Source of the DNA: an uncultured Poribacteria bacterium
GTDB taxonomy: Bacteria > Poribacteria > WGA-4E > WGA-3G
Direction of reading: 5' to 3'
Length of the DNA: 64,000 bases
Assembly (NCBI GenBank): GCA_958296135.2
Contig: CATQHZ020000001.1
Location: 4,448,001-4,512,000 of the forward strand
Below, one piece after another: positions 28,701-38,089 of this stretch. Position 1 is the first letter of the stretch. The number at the start of each line of letters is the position of its first letter. A program made the translations under genes and the position numbers. The notes beneath the pieces were generated by a model. The model saw only the letters and a program-made list of their open reading frames with translations, searched no databases and was not told the origin of the DNA.

Positions 28701-29864
28701 GCCACATACTGTCGTCAAGAGTGATGCCATCGAACACCCGATCTCCCACTTGCACGGTGTATTGGAAGGTGAGCATTGCATCTCCAGTCAGATCCGCATT
28801 GGTGAGTGTAAACAGCGTTTCCGGTCCGCTTCCGGTTCCGGTTTTGAACGACTGGTGCGTCTTCAGCGTCACACCTGCGTCGGCAATGACGTTTTCATCA
28901 AACGTCATCCGAATTTGCATGACATCGCCTGCCCTGTAATAGCCGACGGTCGGACTATTCGCCAAAGTCACAGGGTTAGCCCCGGTAGGAAGGGCCCAGC
29001 CATCAGTTCCCACCAAATCGCAGTATCCCGTGTACTCGGCACCGTAGTGATTGTGATAGCGGAGACAATCTTGGCGCACCTTGTGATAGCGGGACTTGCC
29101 GGTCTGGGGCGCGGTACCAGGAACAAACTGCACCGCGTAAGTGCTTGTCGATGCATCTGTTGTTATCAGTGCCGGGCGCTTCCCGTACACTACGGGATAA
29201 TTGACACCTGTAGTGTCAAACGCGATCGTCCCTTGATTCTGCACTGGCCATCGGTTATTAGAAAAAGGGGTAGCCGTTGTTGAAGACTCAAGCCACCCAC
29301 CGTCGGTATCAATGTCGCCATTCTTCACCTCATAGACGTAGACAGCGGTAGCATTTGCAAGTACTGGACTGAGCCAACTATGTGAGCTGCCTTCCAAGTA
29401 GACGTTAGGAGTCGGTGACTGTTTAATCCCGCCTGGGTTATTTGTCAGATCCGTTGGTACTGCCAACCCGGCCGCATCAAAACCAGGGAAGTTTAACGTT
29501 GCGAACCAGATCCTTACATTCTGTAGATGAAGCGCAATCGCGATGATATCCCCCGCACGCGCCGTGACTGGGGTTGCGCTATCGTGGTCGTTGGAGTCAG
29601 TAATCTCGGTACCGCCGCTCAGCGTGCCGTGGCTCGTACCGAGTTTCGCGTACGGCCCCCCCCCACGGTACCCCGTATCGGCGTATGCGACGACACCTCG
29701 GTTGGATAGTTAGCATCGGCGATGCTGGTTACCATATCTGGGTTCACGTAGATTTTAATGCCAGCTACTGATTCTACGGCTTGTGCGTCTATCGGTATGC
29801 CGAGCATCGAAACTATCCCGACGACGAGCAGCAAACATAAGAAAAAAATGGAATGCCTTTTCAT
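25723..29864 (-). CDS. Large secreted surface protein with Ig-like and two lamin-tail-like domains, frameshifted at a G9 tract (29656-29664)
   Basis: Signal peptide MKRHSIFFLCLLLVVGIV from ATG 29864; main frame open from 29709 to 25723; IVFNEF..DWLELRN and ITISEVMFD..QWIELYN LTD-like motifs; LPVELSSF before the last domain. One extra G joins the frames (1380 aa). Confidence 0.8.
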
Positions 29865-30297
29865 AGGAAAATTCTCCTCTTGGAAAAATGAAATAAAATG
29901 AATAGGGGGTTTCCGCCGCACCGATTGCGGCGGAAACATGAAGAGTAGGAGGGACATCGGGTCCCGATAATACCGTCTCCGCCCCACCGATTGCAGTGGA
30001 GCGCAGCAGGTGTCGCAGTCTCGGAGAAAACAGGGTAACCGTGGGCGAATGCCCACGGCTATCCTGCCCCTTTATATCCCTAGTGGGGACAGAAATTTCC
30101 CCGGAACAACGCTGGTGGCCCTCGACGTTGCAGCCATCGGTGCAACGCGAAAAGCCCCGTGGCAGCCGCGTCCACGCGAACGTGAGCGGCTGCCACGGAG
30201 CAATGTGAGTCGCGCGCATGCAACGCGCGGTTTTTTATGTTGGAATTGCGAGCAAGGATATCCCCCCGGAGCCCCTTCCTGCCGAGTTTATCAAGGG

Positions 30298-30459
30298 TTA
30301 ACTGGCGTAAAGTGAGGGGGGGGTGATCCGGTCTAGGGCATCATCAACGGGAGGCGCAAACGCAAACGGGGATACGGCGCGCAGCCGCGGTGGCTTCAGC
30401 GTCGCTTTCCCAGATATCTGCAGGCGAATCGGGTGATCCGCGCGGAATAGAGTGTTCAC
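30298..30459 (-). CDS. Small hypothetical leader ORF (53 aa)
   Basis: AAAGGAG RBS then GTG; MNTLFRADHPIRLQ...TPPSLYAS; downstream of a TTGACA-17-TATATA promoter near 30520-30545. Confidence 0.3.
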   Translation of the reverse strand: MNTLFRADHPIRLQISGKATLKPPRLRAVSPFAFAPPVDDALDRITPPSLYAS

Positions 30460-30619
30460 GTTCGTGCTCCTTTATTAGTTGCGTTAAATTTCGTGCCCTA
30501 AATTAATGACATAAATATTATACCACATTTTTTTGCGATTGTCAAATTAAAATGTGATTTTTTTAGATGCTATCATTTTTTAACGTTTTCGTCAAGGTTT
30601 AGGTTACAGCATCCAGGTC

Positions 30620-31575
30620 CAGAGCGGCCCTTTTCACCGTAGCGCGAGGGAAAACCCGGCGATCGCGAATCGCCGAGGGGTCCCCTCGCGAAGCTCTTAT
30701 TAACCGTAGGGCGAGGGCCGTTACGCCGAAACTTTGTCATCTCTGCAGCCTCGCTGCAGAGATGTCCACTGTCCCTCGCGATCGCTCGACCTAAATCAAA
30801 ACCGCCGAAACCCCGTACACCGCTATCTCCTCTTCAGACCGCTGCATGGCGCGGCACAGGACCGCGCCCTACGGACTAAGGGGCTTTTCACCGCGGCATG
30901 GCGCGGCACAGGACCGCGCCCTACGGACTAAGGGGCTTTTCACCGCGGCCTGGCGCGGCACAGGACCGCGCCCTACGGACTAAGGGGCATTTGCACCGCA
31001 GCGCGGGGGAAACCTGTCCCTCGCCAAACGGCCCCTTTTCACCGTCGCGCGAGGGCCCGGCGATCACTAATCGCCGAGGGTTCCCCTCGCTATCTACCGA
31101 CAGACACAAAAAACAACCGAAACCCCGTGCTGCGGCCATCTCCTTTTCAGACCGCAGCACGGCGCAGCACAGGACCGCGCCCTACGGACTAAGGCACCTC
31201 TTCACCGTAGCGCGAGGGCCTGTTCGCCGCGAAACGGCCCCTTTCACCGTAGCGCGAGGGCCCGGCGATCGCGAATCGCCGAGGGTTCCCCTCGCGATCG
31301 TCCGAACCACACGAACCCCCCCTTTCACCGTCGCGCGGCGGCCTGTCCCTCGCGATCCTCCTTGATAGACCGATGCATGGCGCGGCACAGGACCGCGCCC
31401 TACGGACTAAGAAGCATTTTTACCCGCGCGAAAGAGGCCCCTTTCACCGCAGCATGGCGCGGCACAAGACCGCGCCCTACGGACTAAGGGCCTTTTTCAC
31501 CGACGCATGGCGCGGCACAGGACCGCGCCCTACGGACTAAGGGCCTTTTCACCGACGGCCCCTTTTTACCATCGC
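30620..31575. repeat. Composite REP/BIME-like palindromic repeat array (right)
   Basis: About 7 copies of the same GGCGCGGCACAGGACCGCGCCCTACGGACTAAG unit plus GTAGCGCGAGGG REPs, same orientation as the left array. Confidence 0.85.
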
Positions 31576-31605
31576 ACCAGCAATCGTTCGCGCAAAGCAC
31601 GGCGT

Positions 31606-34600
31606 TCAATTCCGCGACTCAGGAATAACCGTTAGCGTTACCCGATTTCCATCTCGCAACACGACAACCTCCACGGGTTCACCGATTTTCACTGCATCCA
31701 AAGCATAGGTATAATCGTAAATATTGGCAATCTGCTGGCCACCAAACTCAACAAGCACATCGCCGCCTTTTAAGCCTGCTTTATCGGCGGGCCCTCCGGC
31801 ACGGACACCGGCGAGTTTCACGCCAGCAATATCGGTGCTGTAATCGGGAATAGTCCCCAAGTAAGCCCGAAGCGTGTCGCGAGAACCGCCGCCCGACTGA
31901 CTTCGCGCAACTTCCACGTATTCAGGCCGTTCGGCGGCAGCCGTTAAGTCCAACAGTAAACCGTGCACGAGCTGCGTCAGCCGCTCCAGGCCCTCATAGT
32001 TGAGGGTTTCCACGTCATCGGTGGGACGGTGGTAATCTTCATGGGCACCGGTGAAGAAATTCAAGACCGGCACCTTTTTCGGATAAAATGCTGTTACATC
32101 GGTTGGAAGATACGGGTCAGACTGAAGCGTCACGTTAAAGCCGATGGGAACATTCTGCTTCTCAATCAGTGCGGGCCACACACTCGATGAACCAACGCCT
32201 TGAAGTATCAGTTTGTTATCTTGCAGCCGGCCCACCATATCAAAATTGAGATACGCGGCGATTTTCTCTAACGGAATCACCGGATTTTCAACGAAGTAGG
32301 AAGAGCCGATTAGCCCGATTTCCTCCCCAGACCAGAGTGCGAAGAGGATGCCTCGATGAAACTTGTCTGGCTCCGCCTCGCGCATTTTGCTAAGCTTTGC
32401 GGCCAATCCCAAGACGACAGCGGTGCCAGAGGCGTTGTCATCTGCACCGTTGTGAATCTGTCCTTCTTCGCCTTTCCGCGCGAGCGAGCCGGTTGCGCCG
32501 TAGCCGAGCCCATCATAGTGCGCACCGACGACGATATACTCCGCATCAAGACCCGAGCCTACTGGCGGAAGCAATGCGATGACGTTCCGGTCGGTTTTCT
32601 TCACTTTCTCGACTGAAACTGCGATTTTGATAGTGACATCGGGCAACGGAAATTGCCCGACAAAATGCGGATTCTCCACATCAAGTCCCGATTGAACCTC
32701 CTTTAATCGCTTTCCCGAAGGCGCGAACAGCGCGTTCGCCACAGTATCGCTGATGGAGGCGGCGATGATGCCCGAATCCGCGAGGCTATTATCAAAATCC
32801 AATGGAATGAGCTTGCTTGCATTGGGCGAATTCGGTCCGGCGACGACGAGGAACGCCTTCGCGCCGCGCTCTCGCGCCTGCATCGCTTTATAGCGCAGGC
32901 CGGCATACCGATTCAGCTGCTGCCGCCGCTCAGGTTCAACCTCTTCTGGGACATAGCGGAGCGCGACCGCGATTTTGTCTTTGACATCTATACCCGCGTA
33001 AGAATCGTAGCCTTCTCCCATTTCGCCGGGGACGGTCAGTCCGTAGCCGATGAAAACGACTTCGCCTTCAACCACGCCGTTGCGCGAGAAAGAGAGCGGC
33101 ATAAAATCGGTTTCAACGCCGAATTCCAATCTTTCTTCTCCCTTCTGTCCATGCCCCGCAGGCGCGCTTTGTAAGGACGCTTCACTCATCTGCCGCATAA
33201 GCCAGAACCGATTTTCGTTTGGAACAAGTTTTCGCCCTGCGGTGAATTCAAATGTTTGGAAGTAAGGCGAGGCATCGCGGGGGACAGGCCCCCGCGCTAC
33301 GTCATCATCAGAGGGCGAGGCATCGCGGGGGACAGGCCCCCGCGCTACGTCACCCGCAGCACCTCCTGCCTCGCCAACGTCCCTCATCTCGTAGGGCGAG
33401 GGCCTGTCCCTCGCCAGGCTAACGGGTTTAAGGTTGAGTTGCGCGAATTGTTCGGCGATGTAATCCGCCGCCTGTTTCGCGCCTTCGGAGCCAGTCATCC
33501 GTCCTTCCAATGCGTCATCTGCAAGGAATTCAATGTGCGTTTGAATGCTCTTTTCCGGTCCGCGCTTTAAGGACCCGGCCCTCGCCGTGCTGTTTGCTTG
33601 ATGCGGTTCAACCGCGTGTCTGCTTTCCGGTGCCGCCGCAATCGCAGCCAATGCCGCTTGATGGTTCCATACCGCCAAATAGAGTTGCGAAACGTCTTGG
33701 CTGTTGCGGTTTGATGTCCAACACAGCGTATCTCCATCGGGTGAAAAAACAGGGAGGCCATCAAATCCATCTGTGTGCGTCACGCGGATGGGTTCGTGTC
33801 GTCCGGCGGCATCGACAATGAACAACTCAAAGTTGGAAAAACCGAACTTGTTGGAAGCGAAGACGACATACGCGCCGGAGGGATGGAAATAAGGTGCCCA
33901 CGACATGCTATCAAAATCGGTGAGCCGTTTCACGCCTGAGCCGTCCACGCGCATCGTGTAGATGTCGGCTTTGCTGCCATCGGGTGTGAAGTGTCGCCAG
34001 ACGATGTGTTGCCCATCAGGTGTAAAGAAGGGGCCGCCATCGTAGCCAGGCCTATCCGTCAACCTTTGCTGGTCTGAGCCATCGGCGTTCATGATGTAAA
34101 TTTCGCCGAAATAGGCAGGATCGAGTTCCAGCTGCTTCAGTTCCCGCGGTGACAATTCGCTTTTTGGATATGCATCGCGGAGGGAGCAAAAAACGATGCG
34201 CGTGCCATCGGGTGAGTAAGATGCCTCCGCGTCGTACCCGGGGGCCTCTGTCAACTGCGTGAGGTTGCTGCCATCGCGGGTAGCGGTGAAGATGTCCATC
34301 GCCTCATCGTAATCCCAGCTATAGCGGCGTTCCTTTCCCGACTCGCGGAATTCAAGTTCCTCCTCCTGTTTGGCAGTGGCGAATCTATCGTGGTGCGTTG
34401 AGGCGTAAAGCACTTCATCGGTGCCGGGGCGGAAGAAGGCGCATGTCGTCTTGCCTACGCCGGGTGACACGCGATGCGTGTCGCCTGTCTGAAGACTCAT
34501 GAGATAGATTTGGTAGAACGGATTGTCGGGCTCGCGTTCGCTTTGGAAGATGAGCGCGGTGCCATCTTCGGAGAAGTATCCTTCCCCTGCGCGCTTGCCG

Positions 34601-34725
34601 CTGTATGTTAATTGCCGGATGTTGCTGAGAAACTGTGCTTCTTCTAGCACCGTCTCGCCTGAGCCCGTTACCGAAATCGCGAAGCACAGCGCGCAACACA
34701 CGCCTAACCATTTTATGAAATGCAT
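31606..34725 (-). CDS. Secreted TolB/PD40 beta-propeller + PA + M28 aminopeptidase + PDZ protein
   Basis: YFSEDG/YSPDG/FSPDG repeats; GAHYD, NGADDNASG, SGEEIGL, NFDMVG, DYHRPTD; C-terminal PDZ (YLGTIPD...AGLKGGD). Confidence 0.9.
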   Translation of the reverse strand: MHFIKWLGVCCALCFAISVTGSGETVLEEAQFLSNIRQLTYSGKRAGEGYFSEDGTALIFQSEREPDNPFYQIYLMSLQTGDTHRVSPGVGKTTCAFFRPGTDEVLYASTHHDRFATAKQEEELEFRESGKERRYSWDYDEAMDIFTATRDGSNLTQLTEAPGYDAEASYSPDGTRIVFCSLRDAYPKSELSPRELKQLELDPAYFGEIYIMNADGSDQQRLTDRPGYDGGPFFTPDGQHIVWRHFTPDGSKADIYTMRVDGSGVKRLTDFDSMSWAPYFHPSGAYVVFASNKFGFSNFELFIVDAAGRHEPIRVTHTDGFDGLPVFSPDGDTLCWTSNRNSQDVSQLYLAVWNHQAALAAIAAAPESRHAVEPHQANSTARAGSLKRGPEKSIQTHIEFLADDALEGRMTGSEGAKQAADYIAEQFAQLNLKPVSLARDRPSPYEMRDVGEAGGAAGDVARGPVPRDASPSDDDVARGPVPRDASPYFQTFEFTAGRKLVPNENRFWLMRQMSEASLQSAPAGHGQKGEERLEFGVETDFMPLSFSRNGVVEGEVVFIGYGLTVPGEMGEGYDSYAGIDVKDKIAVALRYVPEEVEPERRQQLNRYAGLRYKAMQARERGAKAFLVVAGPNSPNASKLIPLDFDNSLADSGIIAASISDTVANALFAPSGKRLKEVQSGLDVENPHFVGQFPLPDVTIKIAVSVEKVKKTDRNVIALLPPVGSGLDAEYIVVGAHYDGLGYGATGSLARKGEEGQIHNGADDNASGTAVVLGLAAKLSKMREAEPDKFHRGILFALWSGEEIGLIGSSYFVENPVIPLEKIAAYLNFDMVGRLQDNKLILQGVGSSSVWPALIEKQNVPIGFNVTLQSDPYLPTDVTAFYPKKVPVLNFFTGAHEDYHRPTDDVETLNYEGLERLTQLVHGLLLDLTAAAERPEYVEVARSQSGGGSRDTLRAYLGTIPDYSTDIAGVKLAGVRAGGPADKAGLKGGDVLVEFGGQQIANIYDYTYALDAVKIGEPVEVVVLRDGNRVTLTVIPESRN

Positions 34726-34767
34726 GTCGATTTCCTCATTATACGGAAACGCGCGACGGCGCGGGTA

Positions 34768-35619
34768 TCACAGATACTGCGCCGCCATCTTTTTCAAGAA
34801 CGCAAGCCCATCCGTCGCGAGGCTTTCCGCACTCGGCGCGATGTCACGCCAAATGCAGGTCGCGGCGGCAATCTCTTTGACAGCCGGTGTAAACGACTCG
34901 ATCACCAGCCATCTGTCGTAATTGATTTTCGCGAGCGCGCTGAAGACATCATCCCAAGCGACTAAGCCGGTGCCGGGTGTACCCCGGTCGTTTTCACAGC
35001 AGTGGACGTGATGCAAGAAGTCACCGGTATTGACGATGGCTTGCCCCTGGTTCTTCTCCTCAATGTTCATGTGGAACGTATCCAAATGGACTTTGAAATA
35101 GGGGCTCCCCACCGCTTCGGCGAGTTTGACTGCATCCTCGGCGATGTTGACAAAATAGGTCTCGAATCGGTTGAGTGGTTCACTAGCGAGGGTTACGCCG
35201 TGGTTGCCCGCGAATTCGGCGACTTCCTGGAGTCCCTCAACGCACCAGTCCCATTCCTGCTGATTCCTGCCTCTGCCGACGAGTTTGCCCACAGCACTAT
35301 ACATCGGCCCGACGTAAGTGTCGCCGCCGAGTTCAGCAACGAGCTCAATGGCGCGTTTGAGGTAAGCCTTCCCGTTTTCGCGAACGCCCGGGTCTTCATC
35401 AATAGGGTTCCGGTCGGGGCTCATGATATTGCATCCGATGGCTTGCAACCCGGTCTCTTTCAGTGCGGCTTGCGTATGTGGAATATCCACAGTCTCCGGA
35501 TCGAAGATGGGGATTTCAACACCGTCGAACCCCATCTCGGCGACTTTGGGGATAAGCTCTACGGTTTCCCGGTCAAACTTATCCGCCCAAAGTAATAAAT
35601 TGACACCAAATTTTGGCAT
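34768..35619 (-). CDS. Sugar phosphate isomerase/epimerase (D-tagatose/psicose 3-epimerase family)
   Basis: GFDGVEIP, EPLNRFE, LDTFHMNIEE, ENDRGTPGTG, IESF. Confidence 0.88.
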   Translation of the reverse strand: MPKFGVNLLLWADKFDRETVELIPKVAEMGFDGVEIPIFDPETVDIPHTQAALKETGLQAIGCNIMSPDRNPIDEDPGVRENGKAYLKRAIELVAELGGDTYVGPMYSAVGKLVGRGRNQQEWDWCVEGLQEVAEFAGNHGVTLASEPLNRFETYFVNIAEDAVKLAEAVGSPYFKVHLDTFHMNIEEKNQGQAIVNTGDFLHHVHCCENDRGTPGTGLVAWDDVFSALAKINYDRWLVIESFTPAVKEIAAATCIWRDIAPSAESLATDGLAFLKKMAAQYL

Positions 35620-35834
35620 TTTTTTGTTATTCTCCTATAACATTGCACGCCTAACGGCGTTTTAAAGGAATGAGATTTTTCCTATTGATTGGTTTTTCGT
35701 CTGAGCGCAGAAAATAACGTCTCCTTTCGCCCTGACTTTTTTAGGCTAATGGAAACCGTTGGTTCCTGCAACAACAGAAGAACTGTTTTTTAATGTAGCA
35801 GAAACTGCAATCTGTTGCAAGTGAAATGTTGTGC

Positions 35835-35879
35835 AAAAAAAAGCGCGAGCAAGGAAGGTGAAGTCCTTGCCCGCGTTTT
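35835..35879 (-). terminator. Intrinsic terminator downstream of ilvC
   Basis: GC-rich hairpin plus T8 on the minus strand; sequence related to the 24762-24803 hairpin. Confidence 0.65.
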
Positions 35880-36154
35880 GAGTTCAGATGAGAGTCAACC
35901 TCACCTGTGCCTAAAAACATTCACGTAATTTCCGAACAGAAACGAAACGAATCAACCTCATTTAGTATTCATCCTGTGAATCTCATGAATCCTGATTCAG
36001 GCAGCAGCCTCGCGCGTCAGAAACCGCGCCGCCCGCCAAGCGACACCCTCATCCTGGAAATCCGCGATTCAGACAGACAAAAACACAGGCAGGGAACGTA
36101 CTCTCTACCGTAGGGAGAGGGACAGGCTAATTATCTTAAATCCTAAAAGCTCGC

Positions 36155-36263
36155 ATCTTCGGGTGAAGGACCGCGAGGGACAGGCCCTCGCGCTACAGGG
36201 GGCCGGGCATTATCTTCGGGTGAAGGACCGCGAGGGACAGGCCCTCGCGCTACAGGGGGCCGG
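36155..36263. repeat. Tandem duplication (57-bp period) containing a REP
   Basis: ATCTTCGGGTGAAGGACCGCGAGGGACAGGCCCTCGCGCTACAGGGGGCCGG twice. Confidence 0.85.
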
Positions 36264-36325
36264 ACATTTTTCGGAAGCAAGACCGGGAGGCACCTCCCAC
36301 TGAGGCAGACTAAATCCCAACAACG

Positions 36326-37318
36326 CTATTCGTCAAGCCAGCTCATCATGCTGCGGAGATTTGTGCCGACTTCTTCGATCTGGTGTTCCGCTTCCTGCCG
36401 GCGGAGCGCGCCGAGGACCGGTTGGTTCGCCTGATTTTCTAGCACCCACTCCCGGGCGAACACACCACCCTGCACGTCCGCTAAAATCTGGCGCATCTTG
36501 TCGCGGACACCATCGTCGATGAGCATCGGGCCGCGTGTCAAGTCACCGTATTCAGCAGTGTTGCTGACATCGTTGCGCATTTTGCTCAAGCCACCCGTGT
36601 AAATCAGATCGACGATGAGTTTCAACTCATGGAGGCATTCAAAATAGGCCATCTCCGGTTGGTAGCCTGCCTCAACGAGGGTATCAAAGGCAGCTTTGAT
36701 GAGCGCCGCGGTGCCGCCGCACAGCACTGCCTGCTCGCCGAAGAGATCGGTTTCAGTCTCCTCACGGAACGTCGTCTCGATGACACCGGCGCGGGTGCCG
36801 CCGATGCCTCTAGCATAAGCGAGCGCGATGTCGCGCGCCATGCCGCTCGTGTCTTGATGGATGGCGATGAGGCACGGCACACCGCCGCCGCCTTCAAATA
36901 CCTCGCGGACGAGAGAACCGGGGCCCTTCGGCGCAATCATCGCCACGTCAATATCAGCAGCGGGGACAATCTGACCGAAATGGACGCTGAACCCGTGCGA
37001 TACCATCAGCATGTTGCCAGCCTGCATATTCGGTGAAATCTGCTCGCGGTAAACGGCGGAATGCAGTTCATCGGGGATCAGCACCTGAACGATGTCTGCC
37101 ATCGCCGCCGCTTCTTCAACGTTCTTGACGGTGAGGCCTTCTGCTTCGGCGCGTGCTTTCGAGCGGCTCCCTTCGTATAAGCCGACAACGACGTTCGCGC
37201 CGCTGTCTTTGAGATTGAGCGATTGCGCTCTGCCTTGCGCACCATAGCCAATAACGGCGACGGTGCACTGTTTGAGCAAGTCAAAATTCGCATCGCTATC
37301 GTAGTAAATTGTTGCCAT
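36326..37318 (-). CDS. ilvC: Ketol-acid reductoisomerase
   Basis: [40 protein letters not shown]. Confidence 0.97.
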   Translation of the reverse strand: MATIYYDSDANFDLLKQCTVAVIGYGAQGRAQSLNLKDSGANVVVGLYEGSRSKARAEAEGLTVKNVEEAAAMADIVQVLIPDELHSAVYREQISPNMQAGNMLMVSHGFSVHFGQIVPAADIDVAMIAPKGPGSLVREVFEGGGGVPCLIAIHQDTSGMARDIALAYARGIGGTRAGVIETTFREETETDLFGEQAVLCGGTAALIKAAFDTLVEAGYQPEMAYFECLHELKLIVDLIYTGGLSKMRNDVSNTAEYGDLTRGPMLIDDGVRDKMRQILADVQGGVFAREWVLENQANQPVLGALRRQEAEHQIEEVGTNLRSMMSWLDE

Positions 37319-37483
37319 TTTTGTTGTTCCTAGCGGTGGCTCAGTCTCCCAGGTCCTAGCAAACCTAAAAAGACATCGGTTTCCGACGATGCATCGTTGC
37401 CAGACACTCACTCAGAACTGAACCGGTTTAATGAGGAAAAATGAGATGTCCACAAGAACCCTCAGAATCCTGCCACTCCTGAT

Positions 37484-37978
37484 TCAGACACTGGTGCCGC
37501 GCAGCATGGCGATTTTGCCGGTGCGGGCCAATTCGAGAATGCCATAGGTATCAAGCACTTCGATCGCCGCGTTCAGTTTTCCCTCATCGCCGGTGATTTC
37601 CAGCGTGAGAGAGGTGGGTTTCACGTCAACAACGCGGGCGCGGAAGATTTCTGCGACTTGCAGAATCTCAGCCCGCTCCTGCGGCTTCGCGCTGAGCTTG
37701 ATGAGGACGAGCTCGCGTTCAACATGCGTGCCGGTAGTGAGGTCTGTCACCTCAATCACGTCTATCAGCCGGTTCAGATGCTGATAGATCTGCTCAATAA
37801 TCTGCGCGTCGCCGTGCGTGACAAGCGTCATTTGTGAGATGCTCTCGTCGTGCGTCTCTGCGACGTTGAGGCTGTCAATATTGAAGCCGCGCCCGCTGAA
37901 AAGCCCTGCAACGCGGGCGAGGACACCGAATCGGTTTTCGACTAAAACCGAAAAAATATGTCGTTCTTCTGGATTCAT
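37484..37978 (-). CDS. ilvN: Acetolactate synthase small (regulatory) subunit
   Basis: SVLVENRFGVLARVAGLFSGRGFNIDSL ACT domain; ERELVLIK. Confidence 0.95.
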   Translation of the reverse strand: MNPEERHIFSVLVENRFGVLARVAGLFSGRGFNIDSLNVAETHDESISQMTLVTHGDAQIIEQIYQHLNRLIDVIEVTDLTTGTHVERELVLIKLSAKPQERAEILQVAEIFRARVVDVKPTSLTLEITGDEGKLNAAIEVLDTYGILELARTGKIAMLRGTSV

Positions 37979-38089
37979 GTCTCTTTCTCTCATTCTGTCA
38001 CGTAGCGCGAGAACCTGTCCCTCGCAAACCTAAAGGCACCTGCAACCGGCGCACGAGGGCCTGTCCCTCGCAAACCGCCGACTGACAAA

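Noticed and set aside
25723-29466. TTG start at 29466 for the large protein as given in the ORF track
   Set aside because: No RBS or signal peptide. The frame stays open to 29709 and joins the upstream signal-peptide ORF across the G9 tract.
30844-31545. CRISPR array (recurring ~40-bp unit)
   Set aside because: Spacing is irregular, the intervening sequences are themselves repeats rather than unique spacers, the unit is a GTAG-type palindrome, and no cas genes are present.
35968-36075. ATCCTG...AATCC..ATTCAG(AC) short repeats (also near 37465-37490) as an RNA gene
   Set aside because: Short degenerate dispersed repeats with no recognisable structure or function.
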